Assembly: GCA_963771465.1 (NCBI GenBank)
Contig: CAVYTU010000014.1
Span: forward strand, 320,001 to 384,000
DNA length: 64,000 nt
Direction: 5' to 3'
Source: an uncultured delta proteobacterium
Lineage (GTDB): Bacteria > Desulfobacterota > Binatia > UBA9968
Shown: in pieces, positions 1 through 10,295 of the stretch
Layout: each line of letters begins with the position of its first letter
Position numbering within the stretch: the first letter of the stretch is position 1
Program-made: the position numbers and the translations under genes
The notes under the pieces: generated by a model
The model's database searches: none
Told to the model about the DNA's origin: nothing
Seen by the model: only the letters and a program-made list of their open reading frames with translations

Positions 1-111
1 CCACGCGCTCAGATCGATCAGTTGACAACGATCAGAGCAAAACGGCCGGTGCGAATTATTCTCCCAGGTCGTTTCTTTGCGGCAAGTTGGGCATTTGACT
101 ACGAGCGGCAT
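1..111 (-). CDS. yacG: DNA gyrase inhibitor YacG (partial, runs off window edge)
   Basis: Manual translation from ATG at 111: [37 protein letters not shown], with the CPxC..RPFCSxRC..IDL.W signature. Confidence 0.92.
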   Translation of the reverse strand, partial: MPLVVKCPTCRKETTWENNSHRPFCSDRCQLIDLSAW

Positions 112-126
112 AACCGTCGTCACAAT

Positions 127-1116
127 TTAATTTTCACAATCGACAAACAGTTCTTCGACGCCGAGCTTTTTGTCTATCAGCCCCTGATCGAGGGAGTAGC
201 CGATGAAGCGCTCAAGATTTGCGCGGTTCTTTTCAATGCCATGGGGCCACGGGTCGTCGCCAAAAGCGGCGCGCTCCTCTTCGAACAAATGCCGGCCCCA
301 GACAAAGCGCGACCAGTTGGGATCGTCGTAGTATTCGCGACAAGCTTCTTTCGCTTGGTCGAACGCAGCCGAGACGCTTTTCGCCAACCATGGATTTTTC
401 GCCAGCACCTCGTCCTTGAACGCAACCACATGCATGATCGGAAAGTAGCCGTTCCTTTTGAAATACTTCGTCTCTTCCGCCTTCGGATCGGCGAATAGCC
501 GGCGAATTAGGCCGCCACCGCGCAGCGCTTCTTTCGGCGGATGAGGCATCATCAAAGCATCGATCTCGCCTTTCTCCAGCATCGCCCCCATTTTTTGTCC
601 GGGCTTGACAAGCTGCATCTTCACGCCCGCGATCGGTTTCAATGGCACCGCTTCGTCTTTGGAGATGAACCAATCGATCTCACGCCAGGGAACATTATAC
701 TCGGCTTGTAGATCGCCCCGCGCCAAGACTGACAAGGTCGTTTGAAACGTACTCAGGCCAACTTTCCTGCCAATCAGATCCTGCGGCGATTTAATACCGG
801 ACTGTGCGTTGATCCACATTTGCGACATGCTAAACAGCCGTCGGGGAAACACCGGAATCGCCGTAAATGGCATACCGCGGCTCTTAGCGATTAAATAATT
901 CGACAGCGACAACTCGCAAATATCAAATTCGCCTTTCTGCAGCATCCGCTCGTGGCGATCCTGGCCGTGCTTCAACGGATTGGACTGGCCCACTTCCAAC
1001 ACCTGCAAATCAACGCCATCCGCCACAACCGAACTGTCGAACAGCGGAACATGCCGGTCGTAATGCGATAATGCTAAAGAAAGTTTGATCTGAGCCACGG
1101 GATTTCCTTTTAACAA
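127..1116 (-). CDS. Periplasmic-binding-fold protein, 4,5-dihydroxyphthalate decarboxylase-like family
   Basis: LSLALSHYDR..PL, FDICELSLS, AIPVFP.R, FPIMHVV, DPWPHGI..NR motifs. Confidence 0.75.
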   Translation of the reverse strand: MLKGNPVAQIKLSLALSHYDRHVPLFDSSVVADGVDLQVLEVGQSNPLKHGQDRHERMLQKGEFDICELSLSNYLIAKSRGMPFTAIPVFPRRLFSMSQMWINAQSGIKSPQDLIGRKVGLSTFQTTLSVLARGDLQAEYNVPWREIDWFISKDEAVPLKPIAGVKMQLVKPGQKMGAMLEKGEIDALMMPHPPKEALRGGGLIRRLFADPKAEETKYFKRNGYFPIMHVVAFKDEVLAKNPWLAKSVSAAFDQAKEACREYYDDPNWSRFVWGRHLFEEERAAFGDDPWPHGIEKNRANLERFIGYSLDQGLIDKKLGVEELFVDCEN

Positions 1117-1412
1117 GACTTAACTCTGATTACTCCATTTTCCAAACCAATGTCTAGCGTTCAGACAAATTTATCGACTCGCGGCGCGATGAACCGGGCC
1201 AACTCAAGACTCTGGGTGGGCCGATTCGAAAACCAAATGCGACCTGCCGTCGGCGCAGTTGCATAAAGATTCACTGCCAATCGCTCTGGTCAACGCGCTC
1301 TTTTGGTGTCAGCGCTGAGCCATTGCCGATTATTGTCATTATCCCGTCAAGGTTCTTGATACGAGGAATCATTTCAATGTTCAGAATCTTCCCTGAATTT
1401 CGCCGGAGTATC

Positions 1413-1428
1413 TGGCGCGGTGCTTGCT
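1413..1428 (+). promoter_or_regulatory. Candidate sigma54 -24/-12 promoter
   Basis: TGGCGCGGTGCTTGCT is GG-N10-GC and close to the TGGCACG-N4-TTGCW consensus; ~57 bp upstream of the kinase ATG. Confidence 0.65.
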
Positions 1429-1485
1429 TTGTTACGAAAATCGCAACGTTGAGTTTCGTCTGGGCAACCGTTGGATGGACTAAAA

Positions 1486-3900
1486 ATGATTCGCTTTGGC
1501 TCAAGCCTTCGAGCACGCTTAATCGCAATTGTCCTGTTAGCGGTGATCCCCGCTTTCGGCGTTATCTTATTTACCGACCAAAGACACCGCGCTTCGATAG
1601 CCGCGCAGGTGCAAAAGAACGCTTTAGGTTCCGCACGGGTCATCGCCACGGAACAGCGGCGCGTGTTCGAGAACGCGCATCAGCTGCTTATAACTTTGGC
1701 GCGCTTGCCGCAGATCCGCGAGCGCAATAGTGCCGCATGCGAAAAGATCCTCGCCGGACTACTCGAGCCTCTCTACGTCGATCTCGGTGTAATCGATACC
1801 AAAGGCAATCTGTTGTGTAATGCCCTGGGCTCAAAATCCTACCGAAACCGGCGTATGAAGGACTCCTATATTGGCCGCGTGGTTGAGACCCAAGACCTAT
1901 CAGTGGGGGAAATTCAGCGGGATGCGTCCAACGGCAAAACTGTTATCGAGCTGGGATTTCCCGTCGGCGACTCGCCCGGTGCGCTGCGCGGGATCGCTTT
2001 CGTCGTCCTGGACTATTCCTGGATCGTCAGGATTACCGCTGAAAATCATCTTCCTCCTGAAGCTTCATTCACGCTCTTCGATGACAATGGCAGAGTTTTT
2101 CTACGCTATCCAGACGAACCCAATTCGGTCGGCACACGCATTACCACCGGACTGCCCGCTGACGGCAAGCTCGTTCGGGGAGTTGAGGGAAATATAGAAT
2201 TTCTCGGCACCGACGGAGTTGCACATCTCTTTACCTACCGCCAGTTGGACCACAAGATAAGCGGCAGCATTATGTACGCCGGCATCGATATTCCGGCGCG
2301 GGCGGCGTTTGCCGAAGCGGAGCGCATACTTCATCAAAATCTAATCGTCGTTGGCGTCCTAACGGCTCTGACTCTGGTCGCCGCCTGGTTCGGCGCCGAT
2401 CTCTTTGTGCTGCGCCGAGTGCGCGATCTAATGGGCGCCACTAGACAACTAGCCGCCGGCGATTTGAAGGCGCGCACCGGATTGCCCTACGGCGGAAGTG
2501 AACTCGGTCATCTGGCGCGGACATTCGATGATTTGGCCCAGGCTTTGGAACAGCGCGCCACAGACGCCGAAGTGGCTAACACCAAGATCCATAAACAACG
2601 CTTACGCCAAAGCGCTATCCACGACATCAGTGCGGCGATGACCTCAAGTTTAAACGTGAGCAATGTCCTAACTGCTCTCTCAGATGGAATCGCCACCCTG
2701 TTTCCCTCTTCATGTGTGACTCTCAGCTGGGTCGGCGAAGACGGCGGCACAATCGGGCCCATCGAACAGCCCGTAAGAAACGATACGGTTAGGCAGATTG
2801 CCGCCGCGCGCGAACACGGACTTCCTCAGGAAGTCTTTAAAATCAACTTGCCCCTACTGATCTCAAACGTTCAGACCGATCCTCGGACCGCCGATCCAGA
2901 TTCGTTACGCGCCGCCGGCATCATTACCTACTTGGGTTTGCCGATGATAGTCAAAGAGGAAGTATTGGGCGTCCTGTCATTTTTTTCGACGGAAGCTATC
3001 GACCTACGAACCGAGGAAGAGACCTTTCTAACTGACCTCACTCAACAAGCTGCCATCGCCGTATATAACTCTCGCCTCTACGAGCAGACCAGAAATCAAG
3101 CCGCTGAACTGGAGAAATCGAACCGGATCAAAGACGAATTTTTAGGCGTCGTCTCCCATGAACTGCGCACGCCGCTCAACATCATCATGAACTGTACCGA
3201 AGCCCTGACGATGGGAGTATTCGGTGAAATCACTGCGGAACATGAGAAAGGCACGGGAAAGATCAGAATGCAGGCGAGCCATCTCCTGTCCCTAATCAAT
3301 GGGATTCTGGAAATTACCAAGATCGAGACCGGAGGAATTACCGTCAACTCAGAAAGAATCAATCTTTCGCATCTCGTCACCGAGTTAAAATCCGACTATG
3401 CCATGGTTTCCAAGGAAAAATGCTTGGCGATAAACTGGCACGTGCCACCTGATCTACCCGATATTGTTTGCGACCGCATGAAACTTCGCCAACTGGTAAT
3501 CAATCTCGTAAACAACGCGATCAAATTCACCGATCAGGGCTCGGTGGATATATCCTTTCGTACTATGGTTGACGAGCCATTTGTCGAGTTCTCGGTGGCG
3601 GACACAGGGATCGGCATGGCGGCGGAATCTTTGCCGCACATCTTCGATAAGTTTCGCCAAGTCGACAGTACTACGACGCGACACTACTCCGGCGCTGGAC
3701 TCGGGCTCTACCTTGTCAAAAGTTTTGCGGCGGTGATGGGTGGATCGGTTAGCGTCCAAAGCACCTTAGGCGAAGGAACGACTTTCACAGTTCGTATACC
3801 GATTGGTACGGCCTCAAGTTTTCTCGAGGATACCGCCGTGTCACCCAACATCACTACGACTGGCGTCGTTCCCAGCGCCTACTTGGAAGGAGAACTTTGA
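1486..3900 (+). CDS. Membrane sensor histidine kinase (Cache-like, HAMP, GAF, HisKA, HATPase)
   Basis: Two TM segments, HAMP (ELGHLARTFD), GAF, H-box SHELRTPL, N-box NLVNNAIKF, G-boxes DTGIG/GAGLGL. Confidence 0.92.
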   Translation: MIRFGSSLRARLIAIVLLAVIPAFGVILFTDQRHRASIAAQVQKNALGSARVIATEQRRVFENAHQLLITLARLPQIRERNSAACEKILAGLLEPLYVDLGVIDTKGNLLCNALGSKSYRNRRMKDSYIGRVVETQDLSVGEIQRDASNGKTVIELGFPVGDSPGALRGIAFVVLDYSWIVRITAENHLPPEASFTLFDDNGRVFLRYPDEPNSVGTRITTGLPADGKLVRGVEGNIEFLGTDGVAHLFTYRQLDHKISGSIMYAGIDIPARAAFAEAERILHQNLIVVGVLTALTLVAAWFGADLFVLRRVRDLMGATRQLAAGDLKARTGLPYGGSELGHLARTFDDLAQALEQRATDAEVANTKIHKQRLRQSAIHDISAAMTSSLNVSNVLTALSDGIATLFPSSCVTLSWVGEDGGTIGPIEQPVRNDTVRQIAAAREHGLPQEVFKINLPLLISNVQTDPRTADPDSLRAAGIITYLGLPMIVKEEVLGVLSFFSTEAIDLRTEEETFLTDLTQQAAIAVYNSRLYEQTRNQAAELEKSNRIKDEFLGVVSHELRTPLNIIMNCTEALTMGVFGEITAEHEKGTGKIRMQASHLLSLINGILEITKIETGGITVNSERINLSHLVTELKSDYAMVSKEKCLAINWHVPPDLPDIVCDRMKLRQLVINLVNNAIKFTDQGSVDISFRTMVDEPFVEFSVADTGIGMAAESLPHIFDKFRQVDSTTTRHYSGAGLGLYLVKSFAAVMGGSVSVQSTLGEGTTFTVRIPIGTASSFLEDTAVSPNITTTGVVPSAYLEGEL

Positions 3901-4616
3901 TGGTGCCATTCACCCTCCAACGTTTTGTGATCGGTTATTCGTCGATGCTCATACTGATGGTCGCCGTGTCAGGCTATTCGGTAAATCAACTGGGAAAACT
4001 CAGCGACGCGGCACACATGGCGCTTAAAGTTGACCAGCGCATGATCGACGACTCGGAAAAACTTGCCGATGCATTCCTGTCGCAAGTAAGATACGCTGGC
4101 CAGTTCATTGTCACCCATGCTCCGGTTCATCTTGATCAATACAAACAGTTCAAAGCCGACTTCGATCGATACATGGCACAATTGAAATCACTGGCCGGCT
4201 CAAGTGATGAGGTTCAACGCCTGACTCGCGCCGATGAGCATCATGCACAGTATCATCAACTGTTCGAAAAAGAAGTCGGTTACATCAAGAAAATGCAGCC
4301 TTATGGGGAAACCCGCTACCGCGAGGAGAAGGGGCGCCTTGTCGATTATCTGCTCAGGGAACATGAAGCCTTAAAGACCGATCGGCAGAAGAGCTTGCAA
4401 CAAAGAATCGGAGACATCGAAACGGCCGCGCTGGAGAGCCAAAGGATCACTTTATCCGCCACATTGCTACTGCTCGGTATGGGCATGTACTTCGCCTATT
4501 GTCTGACCGGCAAAACATCCAGAAAAGGGACAAGCTCGGCGGATTCTCATCGCGCCGTGCTCGGCATTCGCTGGCATTTCCCGACTTGGTGGAAAGGACT
4601 TGGTGTACCGAAATGA
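3897..4616 (+). CDS. Two-TM membrane protein with helical periplasmic sensor-like domain and no kinase domain
   Basis: TM1 (RFVIGYSSMLILMVAVSGYSV), ~150 aa helical region, TM2, short basic tail; overlaps neighbours on both sides. Confidence 0.7.
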   Translation: MMVPFTLQRFVIGYSSMLILMVAVSGYSVNQLGKLSDAAHMALKVDQRMIDDSEKLADAFLSQVRYAGQFIVTHAPVHLDQYKQFKADFDRYMAQLKSLAGSSDEVQRLTRADEHHAQYHQLFEKEVGYIKKMQPYGETRYREEKGRLVDYLLREHEALKTDRQKSLQQRIGDIETAALESQRITLSATLLLLGMGMYFAYCLTGKTSRKGTSSADSHRAVLGIRWHFPTWWKGLGVPK

Positions 4617-5146
4617 AAATGCAGACATCACGGCACCGTTCGCCCTGGAGAGCAGTTTGGGGATTTGTCTTACTATCCGGCTGCGCGTCAGTTTTTGATG
4701 GGCCCGAACTTCCGGTTGCCGATGTGAAAAAACACACCACGCCTTTCGAGCACAGCGCGACAATGATTTCTCAAGGGCAATACGAGGCCGCCTACACCGA
4801 AAACCAAAAAATACTCCAGGAAGGCAGGGGCGCTCCCGACGTGGCGCTTTTCAATATGGGAATGATCTCCGCCCATTCGGGGAATCCCAAAAAAAATTAT
4901 CCCCGCGCCCTTTCGTCGTTTCGCGCACTGGTCAAGGATTATCCTCAGAGTCCGATGGGAGAGCCGGCCAAGACTTGGATTCAGGTTCTTGAGGAGTATC
5001 AGAAAATGGCCGACGAGAAGCGAACCACGACCAGGGAAAGGGAGTCTTTGATGCAAGAAAAGGAGAAACTTAAGTATACCATCGAAAAGTCACGGCAGGT
5101 CGATGTCGAAATCGAAAAAAGGAGACGCGAAGCATTGCGGAAATAA
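4613..5146 (+). CDS. Lipoprotein with TPR-like and coiled-coil regions (QseG/YfhG-like architecture)
   Basis: ATG at 4613 overlaps upstream TGA; lipobox LLSGC; DVALFNMG..LVKDYPQSP helix pair; C-terminal coiled coil. Confidence 0.7.
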   Translation: MKMQTSRHRSPWRAVWGFVLLSGCASVFDGPELPVADVKKHTTPFEHSATMISQGQYEAAYTENQKILQEGRGAPDVALFNMGMISAHSGNPKKNYPRALSSFRALVKDYPQSPMGEPAKTWIQVLEEYQKMADEKRTTTRERESLMQEKEKLKYTIEKSRQVDVEIEKRRREALRK

Positions 5147-5349
5147 TCATCGTTCAGTTCTCTGATTGCCGTGGAGGTAATTCAGAGTGAAGTATCATAA
5201 ATGCTCTATAATCTCCCTTGATCAACGCAGGCAGTCGAAACCAACCGGCAGGCGAAAAAGCTGTTGGGCCCATTCGCGAGGTTACTGCGAACTACTTCCA
5301 GCGAGTTGCAGAGAATATTCCACCAAGTAGATTTTTGATCGAAGAGATT

Positions 5350-5424
<75 letters not shown>

Positions 5425-5459
5425 TCAGGTTGGTCAATAGGCAAGGGAAGAGTATGGAA

Positions 5460-6311
5460 TTAGCCGCGGGTTGTCAACGTGGAATATCGCGTGTTCAACT
5501 TGGCATGGGCTGATTTTCCGCGAATCACGGCGAGCAGGTCGGCTGCGGTCATTTTTGACACCAGAATGCAGATAACGTTTCCTTCCTTGTGCAGCACGGC
5601 GCTCAACTCATTATGTGAGAACGAGTAAAAATTGATTCTCATGTCCGCGTCGTAAAATTTTTCAGCGCGATCTGGAGCGTCGGCTTCGTTACCGAGAAAC
5701 GTGAAACAGGTGATCTCCGGTCCGGCGCCTTGGTAAACCGTGACGAGCACGTCGCGGCCAGCGATCGATTGAATGAAGCCCGCGACGGGGTAGAGCTGCA
5801 TCATCGAAAGATCAAACGCCATCGGCTGGAATCGGTCGCCGACCGCGCGCGCCAATTCTTTTCGCAGCGTCGCCGGATTGTCGGAACGCACAAACGTGGT
5901 CTTGCCGCTCAGAATACGGCGATGGGTCTCAATCGCTGCGACAGCGAGATTATCAGCGCCCCGCTGCGTGTAGAGGAAAAATGACCCAACTGCCACGAGC
6001 ACCATCGCCGTCACCAACGCGGGACGCCATGCGGGAAATTTGAACCAACCACCCAATCGTCCCTGGGACGAACCTCTCTCGATCGCAGTTGGCGCTGCGC
6101 GTTTTGTTTCGAGACTGTGGCGCAGTGCCGCCGGCGCGCTCACCTCGCGCCCGGCAAGATGGAGTTGCCGCTTCAAGAGCTGTTCTCGCGTATAAGCCGC
6201 AGTACAGTCGGCACAGCTCTGTAAATGAGCATGGACAGCCGAGCGCTCCTCGGCGTCCAGCTCGTTATCGACGCACGCGGTAATCAGTTCTTGAGCTTCG
6301 TCACAACGCAT
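5460..6311 (-). CDS. Anti-sigma factor, zinc-finger (HxxxCxxC) transmembrane type
   Basis: MRCDE..HLQSCADC motif, one TM, directly downstream of an ECF sigma. Confidence 0.88.
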   Translation of the reverse strand: MRCDEAQELITACVDNELDAEERSAVHAHLQSCADCTAAYTREQLLKRQLHLAGREVSAPAALRHSLETKRAAPTAIERGSSQGRLGGWFKFPAWRPALVTAMVLVAVGSFFLYTQRGADNLAVAAIETHRRILSGKTTFVRSDNPATLRKELARAVGDRFQPMAFDLSMMQLYPVAGFIQSIAGRDVLVTVYQGAGPEITCFTFLGNEADAPDRAEKFYDADMRINFYSFSHNELSAVLHKEGNVICILVSKMTAADLLAVIRGKSAHAKLNTRYSTLTTRG

Positions 6312-6314
6312 GGC

Positions 6315-6935
6315 CTAGGATTCCACTTCGCTGTTCTCCAGATAGGCGCTGAGAAGCTGGTGTAGTAGTTTTCGCCCGCGCGACAGACGCGAGCGCACGG
6401 TACCGATCGGACAGGATAATATTTCCGCCGCTTCGGCGTAGGAAAAGTCACCCATGTCGACGAGCACGATGGGCGCGCGAAACTCTTCGGGAATGCGTTT
6501 GAGCGCCGCGCCGATCTTGGCGCCCAGTTCCTGCTGCAAGATTTGATTCTCCGGTCCTGGCTGGTCCGCCGTCAAGCCGTCGAAAAAATTCTGCTCCGCT
6601 GCACCGCCCTCGTTGTGCTTGCCGATATCCTCGGCCGCCACCATACGCTTGTTGCGCGTGTAGGAATCGAAGAAAAAATTATAGAGAATCCGCGTCAACC
6701 ATGCTTTCATATTGCTGCCGGGCGCGAACTGACCATAAGCTCCGAGCGCCCGCGCGCAGGTCTCTTGGACGCAATCCTGCGCCTCGTCGTCGTTTCGTAC
6801 TAAGTGAAAAGCCACCCGGTAGAGATGATCCAGATAGGTCATAATCTCCGAGGCGAATCGCTCCTGCCCCTGTTGGCGTACCTCGATTTGGCTCACGGCC
6901 GGGCCATTGTAATAGAGCGGATATGTCGTGTCCAT
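6315..6935 (-). CDS. ECF RNA polymerase sigma-70 factor (start 6935 or GTG 6896)
   Basis: AQDCVQET, KAWLTRILYN (region 2); SYAEAAEILSCPIGTVRSRLSRGR (region 4). Confidence 0.93.
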   Translation of the reverse strand: MDTTYPLYYNGPAVSQIEVRQQGQERFASEIMTYLDHLYRVAFHLVRNDDEAQDCVQETCARALGAYGQFAPGSNMKAWLTRILYNFFFDSYTRNKRMVAAEDIGKHNEGGAAEQNFFDGLTADQPGPENQILQQELGAKIGAALKRIPEEFRAPIVLVDMGDFSYAEAAEILSCPIGTVRSRLSRGRKLLHQLLSAYLENSEVES

Positions 6936-7040
6936 GCGCGCGTTCCAATAACTCCAACGATTTCCGCGGCGCAAAAGTTCCCGCGCGATACGATCCGCAT
7001 CGCTTGCGATGCTAGCCGCAGCTGTCCTATGTTGGCTACC

Positions 7041-7985
7041 ATGAAATACCGAATGCTTGGCAAAACCGGATTGCGCGTCAGCGTCATCGGCCTGGGCACC
7101 ATGGTGCATGCCGGCCACTTCGGACCGATGAAAGATGAAGAATCGCTCGGCGCCATCGAGACGGCTCTGGAACTCGGCGTCAACTTCATCGACACGTCCG
7201 ACGCTTACGGCGCCGGCTACTCGGAAACGCTCCTGGGCAACGCACTCAAAGGCAGGCGCGAAAAAGTCATCCTCGCCACCAAGGGCGGCAATGTGATGAC
7301 CGGACCGAACCGCGGCCAACGAGTTTTCGAACCGGACTATATCAGCCGCGTGATGGACGAGAGTTTGCAGCGGCTTGGGACCGACTACATCGACCTTTAC
7401 CAACTGCATAACCCGACGGTCGAGGTCATCGAAAAAGGCGAAGTATGGAGCGTTCTGGAGCGGGCGAAGCAGGCCGGAAAAATTCGCCATTACGGCGTAT
7501 CGATCAATTCCATGGAAGAAGGCATCGCCGCAGTCAAAGACGGCCGCGCCGAGACGATTCAAGTCGAATATAATCTGCTGGCCCAGGAACCGGCCGAAAA
7601 AATCTTTCCGTTAGCCGAGCAGGCCAATGTCGGCATCATCGCCCGCGTACCGCTTAGACGGGGAATCCTCACGGGAAAAATGAGCCTCGCTGACGAAGCG
7701 AGATTCCAAGGCGAAGATGTGCGCGCCCGCAGTTTCAAAGGCGAAGCCTTCGCCAAAGAATTGGCCAAAGCCGATCAGCTGCGCTTTTTGGTGCACGGCG
7801 AGGTCAGAACTTTCGTGCAAGCGGCGCTGGCCTTCTGTATTGCCCATCCGGCGGTGAGCATCACGATCCCCGGCGCGCGCAATAGCGCGCAGATGGGCGA
7901 GAACGCCGCCGGCGCGGATGTCGAAATACCGCGCGCCGATCTGGATCGAGTTGCCGAACTCTGGCGTCGCGGCTTTGCGCGCTGA
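7041..7985 (+). CDS. Aldo/keto reductase
   Basis: MKYRMLGKTGLRVSVIGLG, FIDTSDAYG, ATKGG, DYIDLYQLH, IPGA. Confidence 0.93.
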   Translation: MKYRMLGKTGLRVSVIGLGTMVHAGHFGPMKDEESLGAIETALELGVNFIDTSDAYGAGYSETLLGNALKGRREKVILATKGGNVMTGPNRGQRVFEPDYISRVMDESLQRLGTDYIDLYQLHNPTVEVIEKGEVWSVLERAKQAGKIRHYGVSINSMEEGIAAVKDGRAETIQVEYNLLAQEPAEKIFPLAEQANVGIIARVPLRRGILTGKMSLADEARFQGEDVRARSFKGEAFAKELAKADQLRFLVHGEVRTFVQAALAFCIAHPAVSITIPGARNSAQMGENAAGADVEIPRADLDRVAELWRRGFAR

Positions 7986-8014
7986 GCAGCGGCGGTTTTA
8001 GCCGGAGCAATCTC

Positions 8015-8833
8015 ATGGAAAAAATACTTACCAGTTGGCCTGACGGCAAAAAACTCACTGTCATGGTCACGATCATGTTCGAGGTGTGGTCGGAAGGCAA
8101 AGCGCCGCCCTACTCGCCGATGACGACTGCGCTCAAACCGGGCACGCCGGATTTGCTCGGCATCTCTTGGTCGCAGTACGGCGGCAAGACCGGCATTTGG
8201 CGCTTCATGCGTATCCTCGACGACACCGATATCAAAGCGACGATCTGCTTGAACGCCAAAGCCGCGGAACTATTTCCCGAAGCGGTCAAACAATTGCACG
8301 CCCGCGGTCATGAAATCGCCGGCCACTCCTACACCCAAGACCTCGTATTGCCCTATCTGACGTTTGAAGAAGAGCAAGAAGTGATTCAGCGTTGCAAGCG
8401 TATCCTAGAGAACGCCGTTGGCAGCACACCGGTCGGCTGGTTTAGCCCGGTAGCCGCGCCCACCGTGCATACGGCGGCACTGCTCGCCGACGCTGGATTC
8501 ATCTGGCACGGCGACTATAACGACACGGATCTGCCCTACGCATTGGTAACACCGAAGGGAAAACTCGTCGCCATCGCCCACAGCGACTTCACCGACAACC
8601 GAACGCTGCGCTCCAGCCCGCGCGATTTTTACAACGTATACAAAGACACCTTCGATTATCTTCATAAACACGAAGCGCCGTCGTTGATCAACTTAACGGT
8701 TCATACCCACTTCGGCGGCCGGCCGCTGATGTCGGCTATATTGCATGAGTTGCTGCGTTATATGAAAGGCTTTCCCGATGTTTGGTTCGCCCGTCATGAC
8801 GAAGTCGCGCACTGGGTGTTGGCGCAGGGTTAG
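8015..8833 (+). CDS. Polysaccharide deacetylase (CE4) family protein, PuuE-like
   Basis: WPDGKK, YGGKTGIWR, HEIAGHSY, GWFSP, DLPY, VHTH..GRP, DVWFA. Confidence 0.85.
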   Translation: MEKILTSWPDGKKLTVMVTIMFEVWSEGKAPPYSPMTTALKPGTPDLLGISWSQYGGKTGIWRFMRILDDTDIKATICLNAKAAELFPEAVKQLHARGHEIAGHSYTQDLVLPYLTFEEEQEVIQRCKRILENAVGSTPVGWFSPVAAPTVHTAALLADAGFIWHGDYNDTDLPYALVTPKGKLVAIAHSDFTDNRTLRSSPRDFYNVYKDTFDYLHKHEAPSLINLTVHTHFGGRPLMSAILHELLRYMKGFPDVWFARHDEVAHWVLAQG

Positions 8834-8899
8834 AACACCCGGGCGATCGGCTCAAGTTTACGCTGAGGCTTATCTACTTTGAACGGGCGCTAAGCGTGG

Positions 8900-9391
8900 C
8901 TAGAACTCACCACGATAAAAGCCGCGCTGGCCGCGCGCCTCTTCGACGCCGACTTCCAGGGAGCGAATTTTTGCGCTGTGGAAATTTTGCCTGACCCCGC
9001 GGCGAATTTGGTTGGCGACATGTTCTGCCAACAATTCCGTGCTGGTATTGGCGAGCGGCAGGAGCAGCACATCGCGCTTCGGAAGAATGATCTTTTGCTG
9101 CCGATAGCGCACTTCAATTTCCTTGGCCCGCCGGTTGACCTGAAGAATGGGACTTTTGGTTTGGATCAACGTGCGATGATCTAGCGCGTCGCAAATCCGC
9201 TTGACCATCGGCTTGAAGGTAATGAAGTCGAGCACCACGCCAGCGCGGTCCAACTCGCCATCCAATTTCACCGACACTTGGTAGTTGTGGCCATGCAGAG
9301 GCTCGCGTTGGCCGTTGGCGAAAATCAAGAAATGTGCGGACGCGAAATTGAAATAATCCTTCGCCACTTCGATGCTGAACGTTCGAGACAT
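8900..9391 (-). CDS. 6-pyruvoyl-tetrahydropterin synthase family protein (PTPS-III-type motif)
   Basis: FASAHF, EPLHGHNY, LDH, NTSTELLA. Confidence 0.88.
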   Translation of the reverse strand: MSRTFSIEVAKDYFNFASAHFLIFANGQREPLHGHNYQVSVKLDGELDRAGVVLDFITFKPMVKRICDALDHRTLIQTKSPILQVNRRAKEIEVRYRQQKIILPKRDVLLLPLANTSTELLAEHVANQIRRGVRQNFHSAKIRSLEVGVEEARGQRGFYRGEF

Positions 9392-9515
9392 GGTCGCGAC
9401 GTTAACCAAAAGCATCCACCCTTTCAAGCACAAGCGGATATTGCGGGAAATGAAATTGTTCATTGGGGCGAATTTTGCTTGCATCTCGATATCGGAAGCG
9501 TTAGTGGAGGGGACC

Positions 9516-10274
9516 ATGTTGCTTGGAGAAGCGCTCGATCTTCGCCGGGGTGAGATGACTGCGCTGATCGGCGCCGGCGGCAAAACGACGACGATGTTTC
9601 GCCTGGCCAGGGAGCTTCGCGAGAAAGGGCGCAAGATCCTGTTAACCACCACGACCCAGATTCTTAAACCCAGCAAACCCCATGTCGATCGATTATTTTT
9701 GGCCGAGACGATCGACGCGCTGACCGAAACTTGCGCGCCGATCCCTGCGCCTGTGATCATCGGCGCTGGCAGCACTGTCAGCGAAGACGGGAAACTCTTG
9801 GGCTTGCCGTCGCCATGGCTCGATCGATTAAACGACGGCAAATCATTTGACGCGATCTTAGTAGAAGCCGACGGCCCTGAACCGCGCTTGTTTAAGCTTC
9901 CCGGCGATGCCGAGCCGGCGATACCGGCGAGCTGTCAGTTGACCGTTTGGCTGGTGTCGATCGGCATTTTAGACAAACCGCTCGACAACGCGTCGGATCA
10001 TCAAGTGGAACAAGCCAGAAAACTCTTCGGCCTGACCGCGGGCCGGCCGGTAACGCAGGATCTCATCGTTCAGTGGGTCAAGCACCCCGCCGGCTGTTGG
10101 AAAGGCATACCCCCGGCGTGCCGCAAAGTTGCCGTCATCAATCAAGCCGACAGTCCGGAACTTGTCAGCGCCGCGCGCGCTCTGGGCAAGCAACTGCTCG
10201 CCTGCGGCGTCGCGCGAGTAGTGATCACAAGTTATACGAGCGCAGAACCGGTCCAGGACGTATTGCTCCAGTAA
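9516..10274 (+). CDS. yqeC: YqeC-like selenium/molybdenum hydroxylase accessory protein
   Basis: GAGGKTT, LTTTT, ILVEADG..K.P..EP, INQAD; GGAGG RBS. Confidence 0.8.
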   Translation: MLLGEALDLRRGEMTALIGAGGKTTTMFRLARELREKGRKILLTTTTQILKPSKPHVDRLFLAETIDALTETCAPIPAPVIIGAGSTVSEDGKLLGLPSPWLDRLNDGKSFDAILVEADGPEPRLFKLPGDAEPAIPASCQLTVWLVSIGILDKPLDNASDHQVEQARKLFGLTAGRPVTQDLIVQWVKHPAGCWKGIPPACRKVAVINQADSPELVSAARALGKQLLACGVARVVITSYTSAEPVQDVLLQ

Positions 10275-10295
10275 AACAACCGCCGAGATAACCGC

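Noticed and set aside
7456-7467. 12-bp match to the tRNA-Gly 3' end (TGGAGCGGGCGA) as an att site
   Set aside because: Inside an intact AKR coding sequence and on the wrong side of the tRNA; likely chance
6936-7562. Long N-terminal extension of the ECF sigma ORF (6315-7562) and of the AKR ORF (from 6804)
   Set aside because: Antisense shadows of the two divergent real genes; the family motifs begin near 6935 and 7041
9392-9841. 313-aa version of the PTPS ORF and 300-aa version of yqeC
   Set aside because: Mutual antisense overlap; real starts at 9391 and 9516 fit the domain boundaries
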